Under the pieces are notes generated by a model, which saw only the letters and a program-made list of their open reading frames with translations, did no database searches and was not told the origin of the DNA. From Octopus sinensis (taxonomy: Eukaryota), in assembly GCF_006345805.1 (NCBI RefSeq), contig NC_043012.1, positions 51,274,001 through 51,338,000 on the forward strand: DNA of 64,000 nucleotides, read 5' to 3'. The position numbers and the translations under genes were made by a program. Numbering within the stretch: the stretch's first letter is position 1; every line of letters starts with the position of its first letter. This document shows positions 14,421 to 27,429 of this stretch, in pieces.

Positions 14421-15449
14421 TACCTACCTAGGCCCCAGGAAACGGTAATCCTGTAAGAACGTTGGGTGCATATGCAACTGTCACTATTGAAAACATGGCT
14501 CTGAAGAACCACATATTCAAGTTCAATAACACGAGCGGTAACACTGATAGCGCAAATAGTAACCAGTTAATCAATCAACGGCCAAAGAAATGTTACAAAA
14601 ATGCTCGAATTATAACAGAAAATAATTCAGAAAAATCATTGGTTAGTAAAAAGGAATGAAAGAAGAGGAAAAAGCGTTAAATAATTTTCTGTCATTTTAT
14701 CGATGTGCGTTGAGTTACCATTGCATTCACGTTAAGAGTCGGTGGATTGAAAATAAGGGCGAGTTGAAAGGTTTTTCGATGCCTGTGGGGAAAACAACGC
14801 AACATGTTAAGTGAGCCATGCAATTTGGTATGATTGCTATTAGATGAGTGCGAATTTGAAAGTAATTAAAAAAGAGGAGTTTGACCTCATCTCATTATAT
14901 ATATATATATAAAGGGTTGTGGATTTGCTACCAGAAATAAATTTTCGTTGGCTGTTGGTGACAGTTTTGTCTGATTATGAAGGTGACGCAATATTAGCCA
15001 TTCATCAGTTGCATCATGAAAACCGCTCGTGTATAGGCATGAAGTTTTTAATTCAAACGATGACCAAAATAGCAGAGAGAGAGCTATTGTGTACAGAAGA
15101 TTAACGCGAATCCTCAAATGTTAAGTCTCCGAGAGTTATCGACTACATTACTGAATTGTACATGTTGCATCTAGACTGCCAAATAGTATCTAGATAGAAT
15201 AATTGTATAGGTATGTATATAGTAACAGCATAACTTGTCTTCAGTTCATAGTAATTTGCTACACATCATAGATATATGACCAGTACAATTGAACAAGTTT
15301 GGATTCACATGCAGGAACCGGCTTACTGGGAGCTAAATAATCTTTCTTGAAGTCCAAGTGATTGAGTTAAGTAAGCATATAGAAAGCAATAATCACAACA
15401 AATATTGGTCGTCCTGATAAATACGATTACAATTGAATCAATTAAGTTA

Positions 15450-16790
15450 AGTAAGAGAGCAGCGATTAAGTAAACTTGATTATTAGAGAGGGACATAGAA
15501 GTTATGAAGTATGTTAGTGAATGTATCATGACTAACTTTATTGCAGTGAGACGCCCCTCGGCCAGTTCTTTGCAGAGTTTGGGAGAAATTAGAGATACAG
15601 ATACATAATTAGAAATTTTAACATAAAGTGAAGTTAGGAGAGGAATCATAACTGGTTTTGTTCACGGTGAGACTGACACCGATCAATTCTTTAAACTCAG
15701 AGCACAAAAAGTCTCCTCAATGAATACGAGGCAGGGATACGGCCAAAATCAGCCACGTAAAACTCAATATATGAAGCGGCAATACCATGTATTCTAAAAG
15801 TGTTCTGAGATGCTAAATAAATGGAGTATTCAAATTGCTTTTGAATTCCTTTGCTTGAAAACATTTGATGAGCAGAGATATACTGACGTACGGAACAGAT
15901 AGTTTCATTTATAAATATGCCAAGTGGAAGCTATCTTGTAGAAATGGTGAACTCCAGCATAACCTTCAACATACATAAACTTCTTACCGTTATAATTTGC
16001 GCCGATTGCTATCTGACAGAACTGGAACGTTTGTTCTCATTATTTTGGAAGAGAGATATACGACTTACCAGCGGCCCCATTTGCCGTCAACACTTACTGT
16101 GTGGATGACTAGAAATGCTTTTCGTGATGTGCCGGCTCGGTCTATGGCTGCAAATCATCAGTGACTCTATAGCTGAAGCTGTGTGATCACCGCCATTTAC
16201 CAGAGATTTTTCTCCAGCTATTACTGAATGAAGCAAAAAGCCCATGCAGAGCGCTTTACGTGTGTATTGAAATATCACCACACACAGGAACCGGCTTACT
16301 GGAATATGAGTTAAGCAGGCAATAATCACGACAAATATTGATCATCTTGCGGTCATACAGAGCGGTAAGTGGAAAGTTGTACATCAACGTTCAGAACAAA
16401 ATTTGTTCTCGAAGAAACTTAATGCAGCTATGAAAAGCAACTGGCTACATCACCCGAAGATTTCTTTCGGTCAGGGTCCTTTGATAAAATCCGAAATCCG
16501 TTACTTGGCAAAGACATTGTTGCTACCAGACCCGGTAATGCAGCCAGATATAATTCTCCAATATACTCAGAGAATAACGATAATGTTAAGTACGCATTCT
16601 TCCAATGACCGAACACATCCAGTATATGAATGCCTGGGTCTCTTTTTCAGCAGATTAGTTTTGAGCGACATGATGTGAAGTAATTCGCCCAACGCCATGC
16701 AACGGCTACCGGCCATTTCAGGAAGTAAACCCACGATATTATCATCGTGAGCCGATTATGCAAAGTAGTTGAGCATGCAACTTTAACTCT
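15450..16790 (+). pseudogene. Highly degenerate Ty3/Gypsy pol relic (tentative)
   Basis: SMNTRQGYGQ (about LD.R.GY.QI), SYLVEMVNSSITFNIHKL..LTELERLFSLF (about YLG..V...GI.P...K...ELRRFLG) and DVK*FAQ (integrase Zn region) occur in pol order. Confidence 0.4.
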
Positions 16791-17149
16791 ATTAATATTA
16801 GTCATGTAAAATAATATCAAAATATCAAAAATATACATAATTTCATAAATTTCTCACTGCGTACACTGAATGTCAATTATGTTTATTATATTTAAGTTTT
16901 ACAATAATATGCTACCCCTCATACATTAACCGAATTAAGTCAAAATGAGTAGCAAAAATTAATATAATTTGCAAATGAAACGAAGTGTTCGCAATTAAAA
17001 ATTTAAAAAATAAACACCTAATACAAAATGGCTCCCACCTTTAGATTCCTTTCAAATTCACGACAGTATATTTTATTCTTTTCTGTATTTATTTCTTCCT
17101 TTACAACAGAAATGTTATTTCGTCATGACCACACTTTTTGTGACTTTGG

Positions 17150-17950
17150 GATATGATTTCCTGTCTAATAGGAACAATTCCCAAATAATAGCAGTTACCA
17201 TTAGCAAGATTGACAGCAACACTGATAAGGACAATAAGAATGCGTTGAATGAAAATATTAATTTAAATATTGAGTTATGTGAAATTGTCAATAAAAACTG
17301 AAGGGTAGTGAAAACTTTGACAATGTTAATTCATTCACTAAACACAGGAAAAATAACAACACTAAGATAAACAAAAATAACAAGAGCCTTCAGTGCTCCA
17401 TTTTGGAAAAGGAAAATGGATTGTGACCACCACTTCATATGGAATAAGGGCGACTGAGAAAGCATGCGTTCCTCACAAATTTCGATGAGTTTTAGAGTTA
17501 CTTAAGAGAGTACTACGTAATTAATTGTCTTCGACATATTTACCTCATAAACATGGAGCAAACTACAAAATAGTGAGTAGGTTTTTTAGAATCAGAAAAC
17601 CTCACCGATATCTGGTGTTAGAACAGTCAGTGTTTATCGCAAGTTATTAAAGGATAATAAACTGTTTATAACAATGCAACGAGATTGACAATTGCCATAT
17701 CATTGTGTGACAGATTTCTTTTGCACATATAATGAGATGTATTCCTACAAGACGTATAACATTTCCAAATTTCGTCATAGAGATAAAGAGCCCATTAAGA
17801 TTTTGTTCGTATAGTAATCAGTGCACAGTGGTATTCAATGTATATTATGTTTAGATATATATTTTAAATCTTTCTGCAAGAAATAAGCATATACCAAATT
17901 AAATAACGGATCATCATGCCTTAATAAATTTTCAGAAAAAGCAACTCATC
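17150..17950 (-). pseudogene. Very old PLE-like RT relic (tentative)
   Basis: Minus peptides DMAIVNLVALL, L*GKYVED, NPFSFSKMEH...VYLSVVI approximate G.AMG.P.AP, W.RYVDD and P.I.FT.E....FLDV in order. Confidence 0.3.
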
Positions 17951-19454
17951 ATTTCTTCATCTTATTTGTTTAATTCTCGCATCCAGTCTTTTACAGTTGT
18001 CCGACAGGGTAACACAGTGAGAATGGACTGACTTTAGAATTCACAAAAAAAAGGTAATACTATCCATGTGGAGAAAGAGAAAGGGAATGTGTTTAAGGTA
18101 AAACATAGATATATTACTGCGTGGTGTGTAAAAACAAAAATTAAGTATCACTGATTTCGTAATGCATAAATACATCTTCGTTTAAGTGTCCGATTTTTCA
18201 TTTGCCCTATATTCATCTACGCATTTAACAAAAGCTGATTGTATAAATATATTTGTCTTCGACGGTATCTGGCATGGATGTTGCTTAATTTGTCTCGTAA
18301 TAAAATCAATGTTACTAAGGTTGCTCAGCACATGGTAATATGCACTCATTATTCTTCAGTGCAAAGTTTACGCCAAAGCTATTCAGCTTGCATGGAAAGG
18401 GAAATCTGTTTTGTTTCAAGATAACCGATGCTTCGATTAAAGGAGGATTTTCGAATCTTAGGTATTAGACTCATTCGATGCAAAGATGTATTACCGTGGC
18501 GCTTTGTTAATGGTTATCTTATTTGAAAGAATGATAATCTAACAGACTGACTAGTTAGAAAACTTCTTAAGACATCTTGTGTATTAGTATTAAATTTAGT
18601 AGAATGTCGGATTTGAATGGCAACTTGGACACAATTCAGAAATACAAGAGAGTAACAGATAAGAGGCGTGGTGTAAAATTGGAAAAATAACCAAAATACA
18701 GCAAGGTTTTTCAAATTAACCTGTGAGCAATTGTTGATTAACTTGTAATGAAAAACCGGGTCAAAAAACTCCAACTGGGTAAATTATTATAATACATACC
18801 AATTTTTAACACAACGTTAAAATGAATGTCTAAAGACCAGGGATAACTGGTAGACAAGACAGAACTACGCTGCAATGTGACTCTAAAATGCCTATGTTTT
18901 TACGTCATCTTCAGTAACTGATTAATTGATTAATACATATCCAGTTACATCTCTCGCTGACTTAGGAATTGATAGACTTTCTCCCCTCTTGTGACGCTTT
19001 CCACTCTAATTTTATCCACGTATGTGGTATATACTCAGTAGCTCTGTGTTCTGGTTCTATAAGACATCTTTATTCGCATCGGAGGAGAAATTGGTATCAT
19101 CGCCAAACAAAAGTGGCACGAATATTAGATATTACAATAATTGGCAAAATGTGGCTACTGTCGTCCAACTAATTTATGTAATTTCAAACAAGCTGTATTC
19201 AACTTGTTTTAAATGAATCTGTTTTTGTGTTTCAAATAAATATAAGACATGTTCAAAGTTCCAGTTGTCGATAACACTACATTCCTAAAAATAAATCCGT
19301 AGAACTTTCTTAGTGATTGATAATGTTAGGTGTCGTTTTCAATATGTATGCATGTGTGTATGTATGTAGGCATGTATGTATGTATTTACACACACACGAA
19401 TATATATACACCTGAACATATATATATTTCTGTGTGCGTGTGTATAGATAAATG

Positions 19455-19497
<43 letters not shown>

Positions 19498-19531
19498 GTA
19501 CGCTGTTAAATTATATTTATTATTATTATTA

Positions 19532-19586
<55 letters not shown>

Positions 19587-19639
19587 CATCATCATCATCA
19601 TCATCATCATCATTATTAGTAGTAGTATTAACATTACTA

Positions 19640-19765
19640 CGGCGACCAGCCGGAAGAATAGTTAGCACACCGGACGACGAAATGCTGAAGGATATTTCGC
19701 TCGTCTCTACGTTCCGAAGGCAAATTCCTCCAAGGTCGAATTTACCTTTCGTTTTTCGGGGTCGC
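19640..19765 (+). mobile_element. Degenerate SINE family A copy
   Basis: ggcgaccagc...gttagcacaccggacgacgaaatgc...aggtcgaatttacctttc...ggggtcg aligns by eye to the family A head and core. Confidence 0.7.
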
Positions 19766-19883
19766 TTCCACAAAATAGCTACCCTTGTGGCAAAATTTGA
19801 AACCATTTTCTATTATTATTACGAGTATTACTAATAATAATAATTGTTATAAATGATAATAATAATTATTATTACGAGTATTA

Positions 19884-20230
19884 GTGAAGACGCATGGCTC
19901 AGTGGTTAGAGCGTCCAGCTTACGATCATGAGGTTGTGAGTTCGATTCCCGGACCGGGCTGTGTGTTGTGTTCTTGAGCAAGACACTTTATTTCATGTTC
20001 CTCCAGGTAACTCAGCTGTAGAAATGAGTTGCGACATCACTAGTGCCAAGCTGTACGGGCCTTTGCCTTTCCTTTGGATACCATCAGTATCAGTGGTGTG
20101 GAGTTGAGAGGCCGGTATGCATGGACGACTGCTGGCCTTCCATAAACAACCTTGCCTGGACTTGTACCTTGGAGGGTAAATTTCTAGGTGCAATCACATG
20201 GTCATTCATGACCGAAGGGAGTCTCCCCCT
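19884..20230 (+). mobile_element. tRNA/CORE-type SINE family C
   Basis: A box TGGCTCAGTGG, B box GTTCGATTCC, core tgtgttcttgagcaagacactt; second copy at 63661-63965. Confidence 0.85.
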
Positions 20231-20236
20231 CATTAC

Positions 20237-20273
<37 letters not shown>

Positions 20274-21666
20274 TAGTAGTAGTAGTGGTGGTGGTAAAAA
20301 GAAACCAGAATTGTAGTAGTAGTAATATTATTCCTCAATAATTCGTCACACCACCGTCAACAACTTTATTATTCTCAGGGTCGTAATAACCACGGCCTCC
20401 ATCGTAATAACCGTCATCATAAACATCATAATAATTATCATCATAAACATGAGAATCATTAGGAAAATCATCGTCCTGAACTCAGCTTCAATGTAGTCAT
20501 CGTCACCATCATTGTCTTCCTTATCTTCCTTATCTTCATTGTTACTATTTTTAAAGTGATGATGATCATGATGATAATTTTCATAAAGCTGTTTATGTTT
20601 TTAGCTTTATTCTTTATTCCTTCACTGAATCGATTCTTGCTTTCACTTTCACTATACTTGTCTCTATTCCTCTTTATAGATTTTTTTCCTCATTTTCATC
20701 TTCTTTAGCTTGTTATTTTTATATATGTTTTTTTTTCACATTGCCTTCGCTGTGTCCATATTTAAATGCAATAAATTCAGATAAAACATTCTTGGCTACC
20801 AAAAGCAGCCAAGTCTTGTCAGTATGACATTGATTGAAGCAAAATAACTGACCGCGCCGCTCCTCACTCCAATTTATTGCCACTTTTTGACCTGCGAGAA
20901 TTTATAAAATACACTGTGTATTTTTTAAATTATTTTTTTTACTTTCTGCTTTTTGTATTCATTTTCCCCTATTTTTTATTGTCGGTAAGCAGAGTAAAAT
21001 TAAATGATCGTATGGTGCAGATGAGTTGCAAAACTTGAGAGTACCCTATATCATGTCCAACGGTTAAAAAAAGAAAACACAGCCAACAACACCATTACAA
21101 TGTAAATAGAGGAAACAAATGCGCATTTCATTAAAAAAAGAATATATATAAAAAATATGAGAAGTAAAATGAAATCTAAAAACACGACTGAACACAAGCA
21201 AGACCAAATCAAGACAAAATAAAACATTCAAGTGTTTCCAATGAAAGGTGTATATTCTTCCATCATATTCAAAATATATTTTGTACAACATTCCTCAAAA
21301 CCAAATGGATGCACAGAAAGAGACACACACTCACACACAAACACACGCACACACTCACACATTACATACATATACATAGTGCATATATATATATAAATTT
21401 ATATATATATATATATATACACACAAAAATATATATACAAACATATAATAATACATTTATATATATATATATATATATACGTATACATATATATATATGT
21501 ATGTATATGTATGTATATATATATATATATATGTATTTATATATGCATTCTTATATGTTTGTATATATATTTATGTATATATATATATGTGTGTGTGTGT
21601 GTGTATTTATATATGTATATAAATTTATATGCATATATGTATGCATTTATGTATGTATTTAAATAT

Positions 21667-21697
<31 letters not shown>

Positions 21698-22176
21698 GCA
21701 TTTATGTTTGTATATATGTATTTATGTATCTATATAATTATATATGTATAAATGTATCTGCCTTGCGTCGATGTGTGTGTGTGCTTGTGATTATAAATAT
21801 ATAAGTGATCGTGTGAGTGTGCATGTGCCTATATTTGTGTATGAGGAGACATATTCCTTGTAATCTTAAAATCTTATTCTTAAACAATATCTAGTAAAAT
21901 AAAAACAGACAATATTTCTTGCAGAGCATATGTTTCACATAAAATATTAACGTCGTCTGTTGATGCAGATTACCGGTTGTCTCTGAGACTTACTACGCAA
22001 CGCACACGGATCAAACACGCGGGCGCGGGCGCATGAACACACAGACACATGGACGCACTCACACACTCACACAAAGACACATAGACGCATACAACAACAA
22101 ACACACACAAACAAATAGTTAACATGTATATATTCCTGTATATATATACACGCACATATATAAATATAGGTATATA

Positions 22177-22227
<51 letters not shown>

Positions 22228-22265
22228 GAAAGAAGGTTTGAAAATGCAATTTAAAAGATGTTTAT

Positions 22266-22310
22266 TTACTTAACCGGTTTCACACTTTGGAAAAAGATTG
22301 TCAAAAGTAA
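22266..22310 (-). ncRNA. Type I minimal hammerhead, U3-A8 core variant (stem II base damaged)
   Basis: Minus: TTACTT-TTGACAA-TCTTT(TTCC)AAAGTGT-GAAA-CCG-GTT-AAGTAA; perfect 6-bp stem I, palindromic ACCGGT stem III. Confidence 0.65.
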
Positions 22311-22343
22311 CATATGGAAGTTTGGTTGCGTTAATTATATAAA

Positions 22344-22405
<62 letters not shown>

Positions 22406-22437
22406 TATATATACATATTATATATATATATATATTA

Positions 22438-22472
<35 letters not shown>

Positions 22473-22776
22473 GTACATATGTATACATATATATATACAT
22501 ATTATATACATATATGTACATGCATACACACACGTACGCACATACACACACATATATAGGTTATGAGAGGTAATGGGTTTATGAAACCCAAAGATGACAG
22601 GTAATGTTGAGTTGGTGCTATGGACAGACTATACTTAAGCTCCAGATTCGGTGATTATGCGAATAATGAGTTCTACCTTGGACATATATTAACACGGATA
22701 TATACATAAAAAATTAACGGAATGAGATGAAGAAATCCAAGACTGTGAAAGATTTCACAACATTTATACAGAGAAG

Positions 22777-22821
22777 GTCAGACAGCTGTTTCCGGGATAT
22801 GTTATATATCCCTTCAGAGAC
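22777..22821 (-). ncRNA. Hammerhead relic (family shared with 25654-25705)
   Basis: Minus: GTCT-CTGAA-GGGATAT(ATAAC)ATATCCC-G-GAAAC-AGCT-GTC-TGAC; core shortened, perfect 7-bp stem II, palindromic ACAGCTGT stem III. Confidence 0.6.
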
Positions 22822-22854
22822 GATGCGAGAAATTGGTTAAGAAATAGTTATTAT

Positions 22855-22976
22855 AGAGACGATATGAAACTCAGGAAAGAGACGATATACAAACTCAGGA
22901 AAGAGACGATATACAAACTCAGGAAAGAGACGATATACAAACTCAGGAAAGAGACGATATACAAACTCAGGAAAGA
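22855..22976. repeat. 24-bp minisatellite (AAACTCAGGAAAGAGACGATATAC), about 5 copies
   Basis: Four exact units 22867-22962 plus partial units on each side. Confidence 0.95.
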
Positions 22977-23665
22977 AAGACAGACGAAATACATATTTTT
23001 TTCCTACCCACAAGGGGCTAAACACAGAGGGGACGGACAAGGACAGACACACGGATTAAGTCGATTACATATCTGGTAATGCGTAACTGGTACTTATTTA
23101 ATCGACCCCGAAAGGATGAAAGGCAAAGTCGACCTCGGTGGAATTTGAACTTAGAACATAACGGCAGACGCAATACATATTTCTTTACTACCCACAAGGG
23201 GCTAAACATAGATGGGACAGACAAGGACAGACAAAGAGATTAAGTCGATTACATTGACCCCAGTGCGTAACTGGTACTTAATTTATCGACCCCGAAAGGA
23301 TGAAAGGCAAAGTCGACCACGGCGGAATTTAAATTCGGAACGGAGCTTCGGACGAAATACCTATTTCTTTACTACTCACAAGGGGCTAAAAACAGAGGAC
23401 AAACAAGGACAGACAAATAGATTAAGTCGATTATATCGACCCCAGTGCGTAACTGGTACTTAATTTATCGACCCCGAAAGGATGAAAGGCAAAGTCGACC
23501 ACGGCGGAATTTAAACTCAGAACGTAGCGTCGGACGAAATACCTATTTCTTTACTACCCACAAGGGGCTAAAACAGAGAGGACAAACAAGGACAGACAAA
23601 CGTAACGGCCTGACAAAATACTGATAAGCATTTCGGCGGTCATGCTAACGTTTCTGCCAGCTCGC
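22977..23665 (-). mobile_element. SINE family A tandem multimer (about 3.5 units)
   Basis: Roughly 184-bp units repeated head to tail; junctions near 22992, 23176, 23360, 23543. Confidence 0.9.
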
Positions 23666-24601
23666 AATTTTTGTGCCACGTACAGAAATTATAGGTAAAT
23701 ATTTACAGGTTTTCAGTAATACCTTTCACTCGGTTTCAAATTTCAGTTGAATTTTGCTTATTTAAGAATATCCCCTTGTCATTATATACGCAAATGATTT
23801 GAGATATGCACACGATAACTACGCAAGGAATAGCAATCACATGCTTCTCTTTTGTTCACTTTAAAATACCAAACACATACATACAATTAGAGTTCATTTG
23901 CGTTCACTCTTTAGAAGCAAGGGTGCTCACACACGTGATTGTACATACATTGCTAAATAAAAAGTCGTGTACATTCATACATTTCAAAACTGTACACACA
24001 TGCATACTGTGTATACAAGTATACAAGGACGCATACTGACAAATAAAGTATGAACACAAATAATGTACACAAACACAGATACGACAAACAAATATACAAG
24101 CAAAAATCCCTCACAAGTAAAACCGAAGCGAGACACACTCATAGAGATGTAAAACAAATTAAACAGCACTTACATGAACTTGACTACTTTAGAGACACAA
24201 CTCGCTACATGGGCATTCATAAAGCGTATCAATACACACAGACTCTCAAAATATATATTAAACTAAAATAGTCACAAACTCCCACCCTCCTCAGACACGC
24301 ACTCGCAAGCACGTACACGCTTTTGTATAATACAACAGCTTTCAAATTCATACCGACATAGAAAACACACTTATGTACCGATAAAAGATATATTTGCGTG
24401 TCTGCAAGCACATCCACAAATATCGAATGAAATAGAATTATCTTAAAACAACTGCAACACATACAAACATAAACACGCACGATGAACACACATTCTTTTA
24501 TTTTATCGTTCATATTTTACTTGTCTCAGTCATTGGTGTGCTGGGGCACCGCCTAGAAGGGTTTTGTCGGAGAAATTAACCCCGAGACTGTCTGGTTCTT
24601 C

Positions 24602-25028
24602 GGATCATTTCGGTTTGAACGGCAGTTTTTCTAGCGGTGTCATATGAAATTGTCACCTATAATTATGACCCTATTATCGATCTATTGCATTTCAATGTTT
24701 TAGGGTTAGGGTTAGTTAGGGTTAGGGGTGGGGGGAAGGTTATCTTTTTTTTCTTCACAAATTTGAATACAGCCAATATGTTTCTTAAACGAGGGACATA
24801 TTCATACGGCACAGAATGTTTTTTTTACTTCAATGGACGTAATTGATTGGTTGAAATTGCAGAAACTGAAAAAAAAACCCAACTAATATCTTACAAACTA
24901 TAGAAGTTTCTCAATAAAGCCATGAGAAAAAGATATTTTATAAACACATTCTACCAGTATACGAAGTTTTAAAAGTTTTAGTTACCTAGAAATTATGTTA
25001 AAAACTGCCGTTCAAACCGAAAAGATCC
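24602..25028. mobile_element. MITE / non-autonomous DNA transposon with about 29-bp TIRs and internal TTAGGG repeats
   Basis: GGATCATTTCGGTTTGAACGGCAGTTTTT (24602-24630) versus AAAAACTGCCGTTCAAACCGAAAAGATCC (25000-25028); abuts a SINE D fragment at 24515-24590. Confidence 0.85.
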
Positions 25029-25653
25029 AGTTTTTCTTATATCGAACTACTTTGCTAAACAGTTAAATTACGGAGACGTAAACAAACTAACTTTGTCTGA
25101 AAAAGATGATGAAGACAAACAAAAACACAACGAGAATAACAGACATATGCACAAATGCAGACAGAGACAGGTACGTAGGTACACACATATTTACATACAT
25201 AGATACACACATACGCACAAACACGCGGACATCCATGCCCAAACATATATACACTATATACTTCTTTCAGCTGCGGTCTACAAGAACTACACACAACTCT
25301 TTGCTCGCCCACGTCTATATTAAGAGATACATGCCAAACTTATCTTGCACTTGGACCGAACCATAAACCGTTGATTTCACACATGCATACAAATATACGA
25401 AGACTACTCTCATTCTTCTATCTAACCAAATTTTGCTATTACAGGGAATATACTCTCCCTTTGCCTAAGTCGCAGTGTTCGGTAAAAGCTATCCTGTTTC
25501 TTGGAAAGGGCAATTTTTACAAGCATTAGCCTTTTTCATTTCCATCACTTATGCAGCGCAACTTTAATGTAGCAGTTGGGCGATTTCTTGATTAGGTTTT
25601 ATGTTGTGTATCAAGTGTGAATGAATATGCATAAAAAATAATTCCGTTGGTAT

Positions 25654-25705
25654 GTCTAATCCGAGGAAGGGATATAATAAGTATCCTGGAAACAGGTGTA
25701 AAACC
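25654..25705 (+). ncRNA. Hammerhead relic, homolog of 22777-22821
   Basis: CCGAGGA-A-GGGATAT(AATAA)GTATCCT-G-GAAAC-AGGT-GTA; the downstream 70 bp also align to the reverse complement of 22710-22776. Confidence 0.55.
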
Positions 25706-25779
25706 TATTTATACATGTTCTAAAATCTTCACAGCCTTGACTTTGTTTATCTCATTCTGAAAAAAAATTATATATATAG

Positions 25780-25811
<32 letters not shown>

Positions 25812-25813
25812 TG

Positions 25814-25854
<41 letters not shown>

Positions 25855-25932
25855 GTATGTATGTATATATATATATATGTATATATGTATATATATATAT
25901 ATATATATAGATAGATAGATAGATAGATATAG

Positions 25933-25973
<41 letters not shown>

Positions 25974-26002
25974 AATGTATATACATATATTTACATATGT
26001 AT

Positions 26003-26042
<40 letters not shown>

Positions 26043-26073
26043 TATATATATATAATATATATATATATATATA

Positions 26074-26128
<55 letters not shown>

Positions 26129-26153
26129 ATATATATATATATAATATAATATA

Positions 26154-26193
<40 letters not shown>

Positions 26194-26320
26194 CTCACGA
26201 AATAAGGGCAAAAGAAAAATTATAATGCCAAATATGCCGAAAAAAAGACAAAATTGTCAATAACCATTATAATTTATGCGTCTCGAATCAAACCGATAGA
26301 AATTTCTAAAAAATCCTTTA

Positions 26321-26381
26321 TTACCGTATTGGTCCCAATTTCGGGGTTAATTCATAACAATTTTCCCCTCTTCAGCGATAA
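26321..26381 (-). ncRNA. Intact canonical type I hammerhead ribozyme
   Basis: Minus: TTATCG-CTGAAGA-GGGG(AAAATTGTTATGAATTAA)CCCC-GAA-ATTGG(GA)CCAAT-A-CGGTAA; all core nucleotides present, stems I-III pair, AUA cleavage triplet. Confidence 0.85.
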
Positions 26382-26794
26382 ATACGTAAGACATAAATGA
26401 AATACTTACTCATACCCATGGGAAAAGCAAGCACTAAGACCTGAGTAGACCTAAGTACCCCAAATATATCCAAAATTGAAAATCTTCGGCACATCTCGAG
26501 ACACATGTGATTCGAACTAGAAACTTTCACAGAGTGAGAGAATCCGGAAGTGAACACTATTAAATTTTATCCTACACTAGTTGTATATATATATATATAT
26601 ATATATATAATCAAAGGACAGTATTTCTACCTGTCGGAAATAGCAGTCAAAACTCTTATTTAAATCGTCAATAAATATAAGTATATGTATATGCATGTAT
26701 GTGTGTGTATCTGGTGTATATGTACACATTAAGGCGGTCGTTTGAACCATACGAAATACTTGCATTGGTTGCATAAGTATTAAATTCTTATGAG

Positions 26795-26935
26795 TGTCAT
26801 CATCATCATTGTTCGACCGTGGCCGAGACAATGGAATTTACTACGTTACACCAGACTTCACGGTCCATCATAGCATTACGGAGGTCCTGTTGCTGGATGC
26901 CTGTATCCCTGGAGATTACATCAGGGTAGGAGAGT
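26795..26935 (-). mobile_element. RTE-like LINE extreme 3' end with (GAT)n tail
   Basis: Minus peptide LSYPDVISRDTGIQQQDLRNAMMDREVWCNVVNSIVSATVEQ* (A.DR..W motif) followed by tgatgatgat. Confidence 0.7.
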
Positions 26936-27429
26936 GTAATTTCGTCACATTTTGTGACATCATGACTGACATTACCTCATTCGTCTAGGGCGGGTCTCAT
27001 TCTCAAGAAATTTTCGTCACCACTATTTATCTTTAGGGACGAATTTATGTGAGCACAGGCATGTGTGCATGCAAGTTTTCCTTTGTGTTTGTGATTGTGT
27101 CTGTTTGCTTCTGTATGGGTGTATGCATGTGTATTTATGTATGTATGTGCTTGTGCATATAGATTTATATATGAACATGCATATGCATGAATACACACAC
27201 AAACAAGTTCATATATATGTCTGTGTGCACGCGTGGATGTGTATGTTTGTGTGCATGTCTGTTTGTTGGTAGGTATGTGTGTATGTTGGTGTGTGTGAAT
27301 GTGTGTGGTACTGGAGTGCCTGAAAACAAGATGCTTAGAGGCCACTACGTTCTGCATGTTTCTACGTTCGTAGTTTCGAATCACACAGGTATTTCCTCTT
27401 TTGTTTTACCATGAGCACGGTGCTACATT

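Noticed and set aside
19339-19834. 155-aa and 112-aa ORFs with protein-like segments
   Set aside because: The non-repetitive part is a degenerate SINE A copy; the rest is microsatellite.
22855-23665. CRISPR-like appearance of regularly spaced repeats
   Set aside because: Units are contiguous tandem copies without unique spacers; eukaryotic context, no cas genes.
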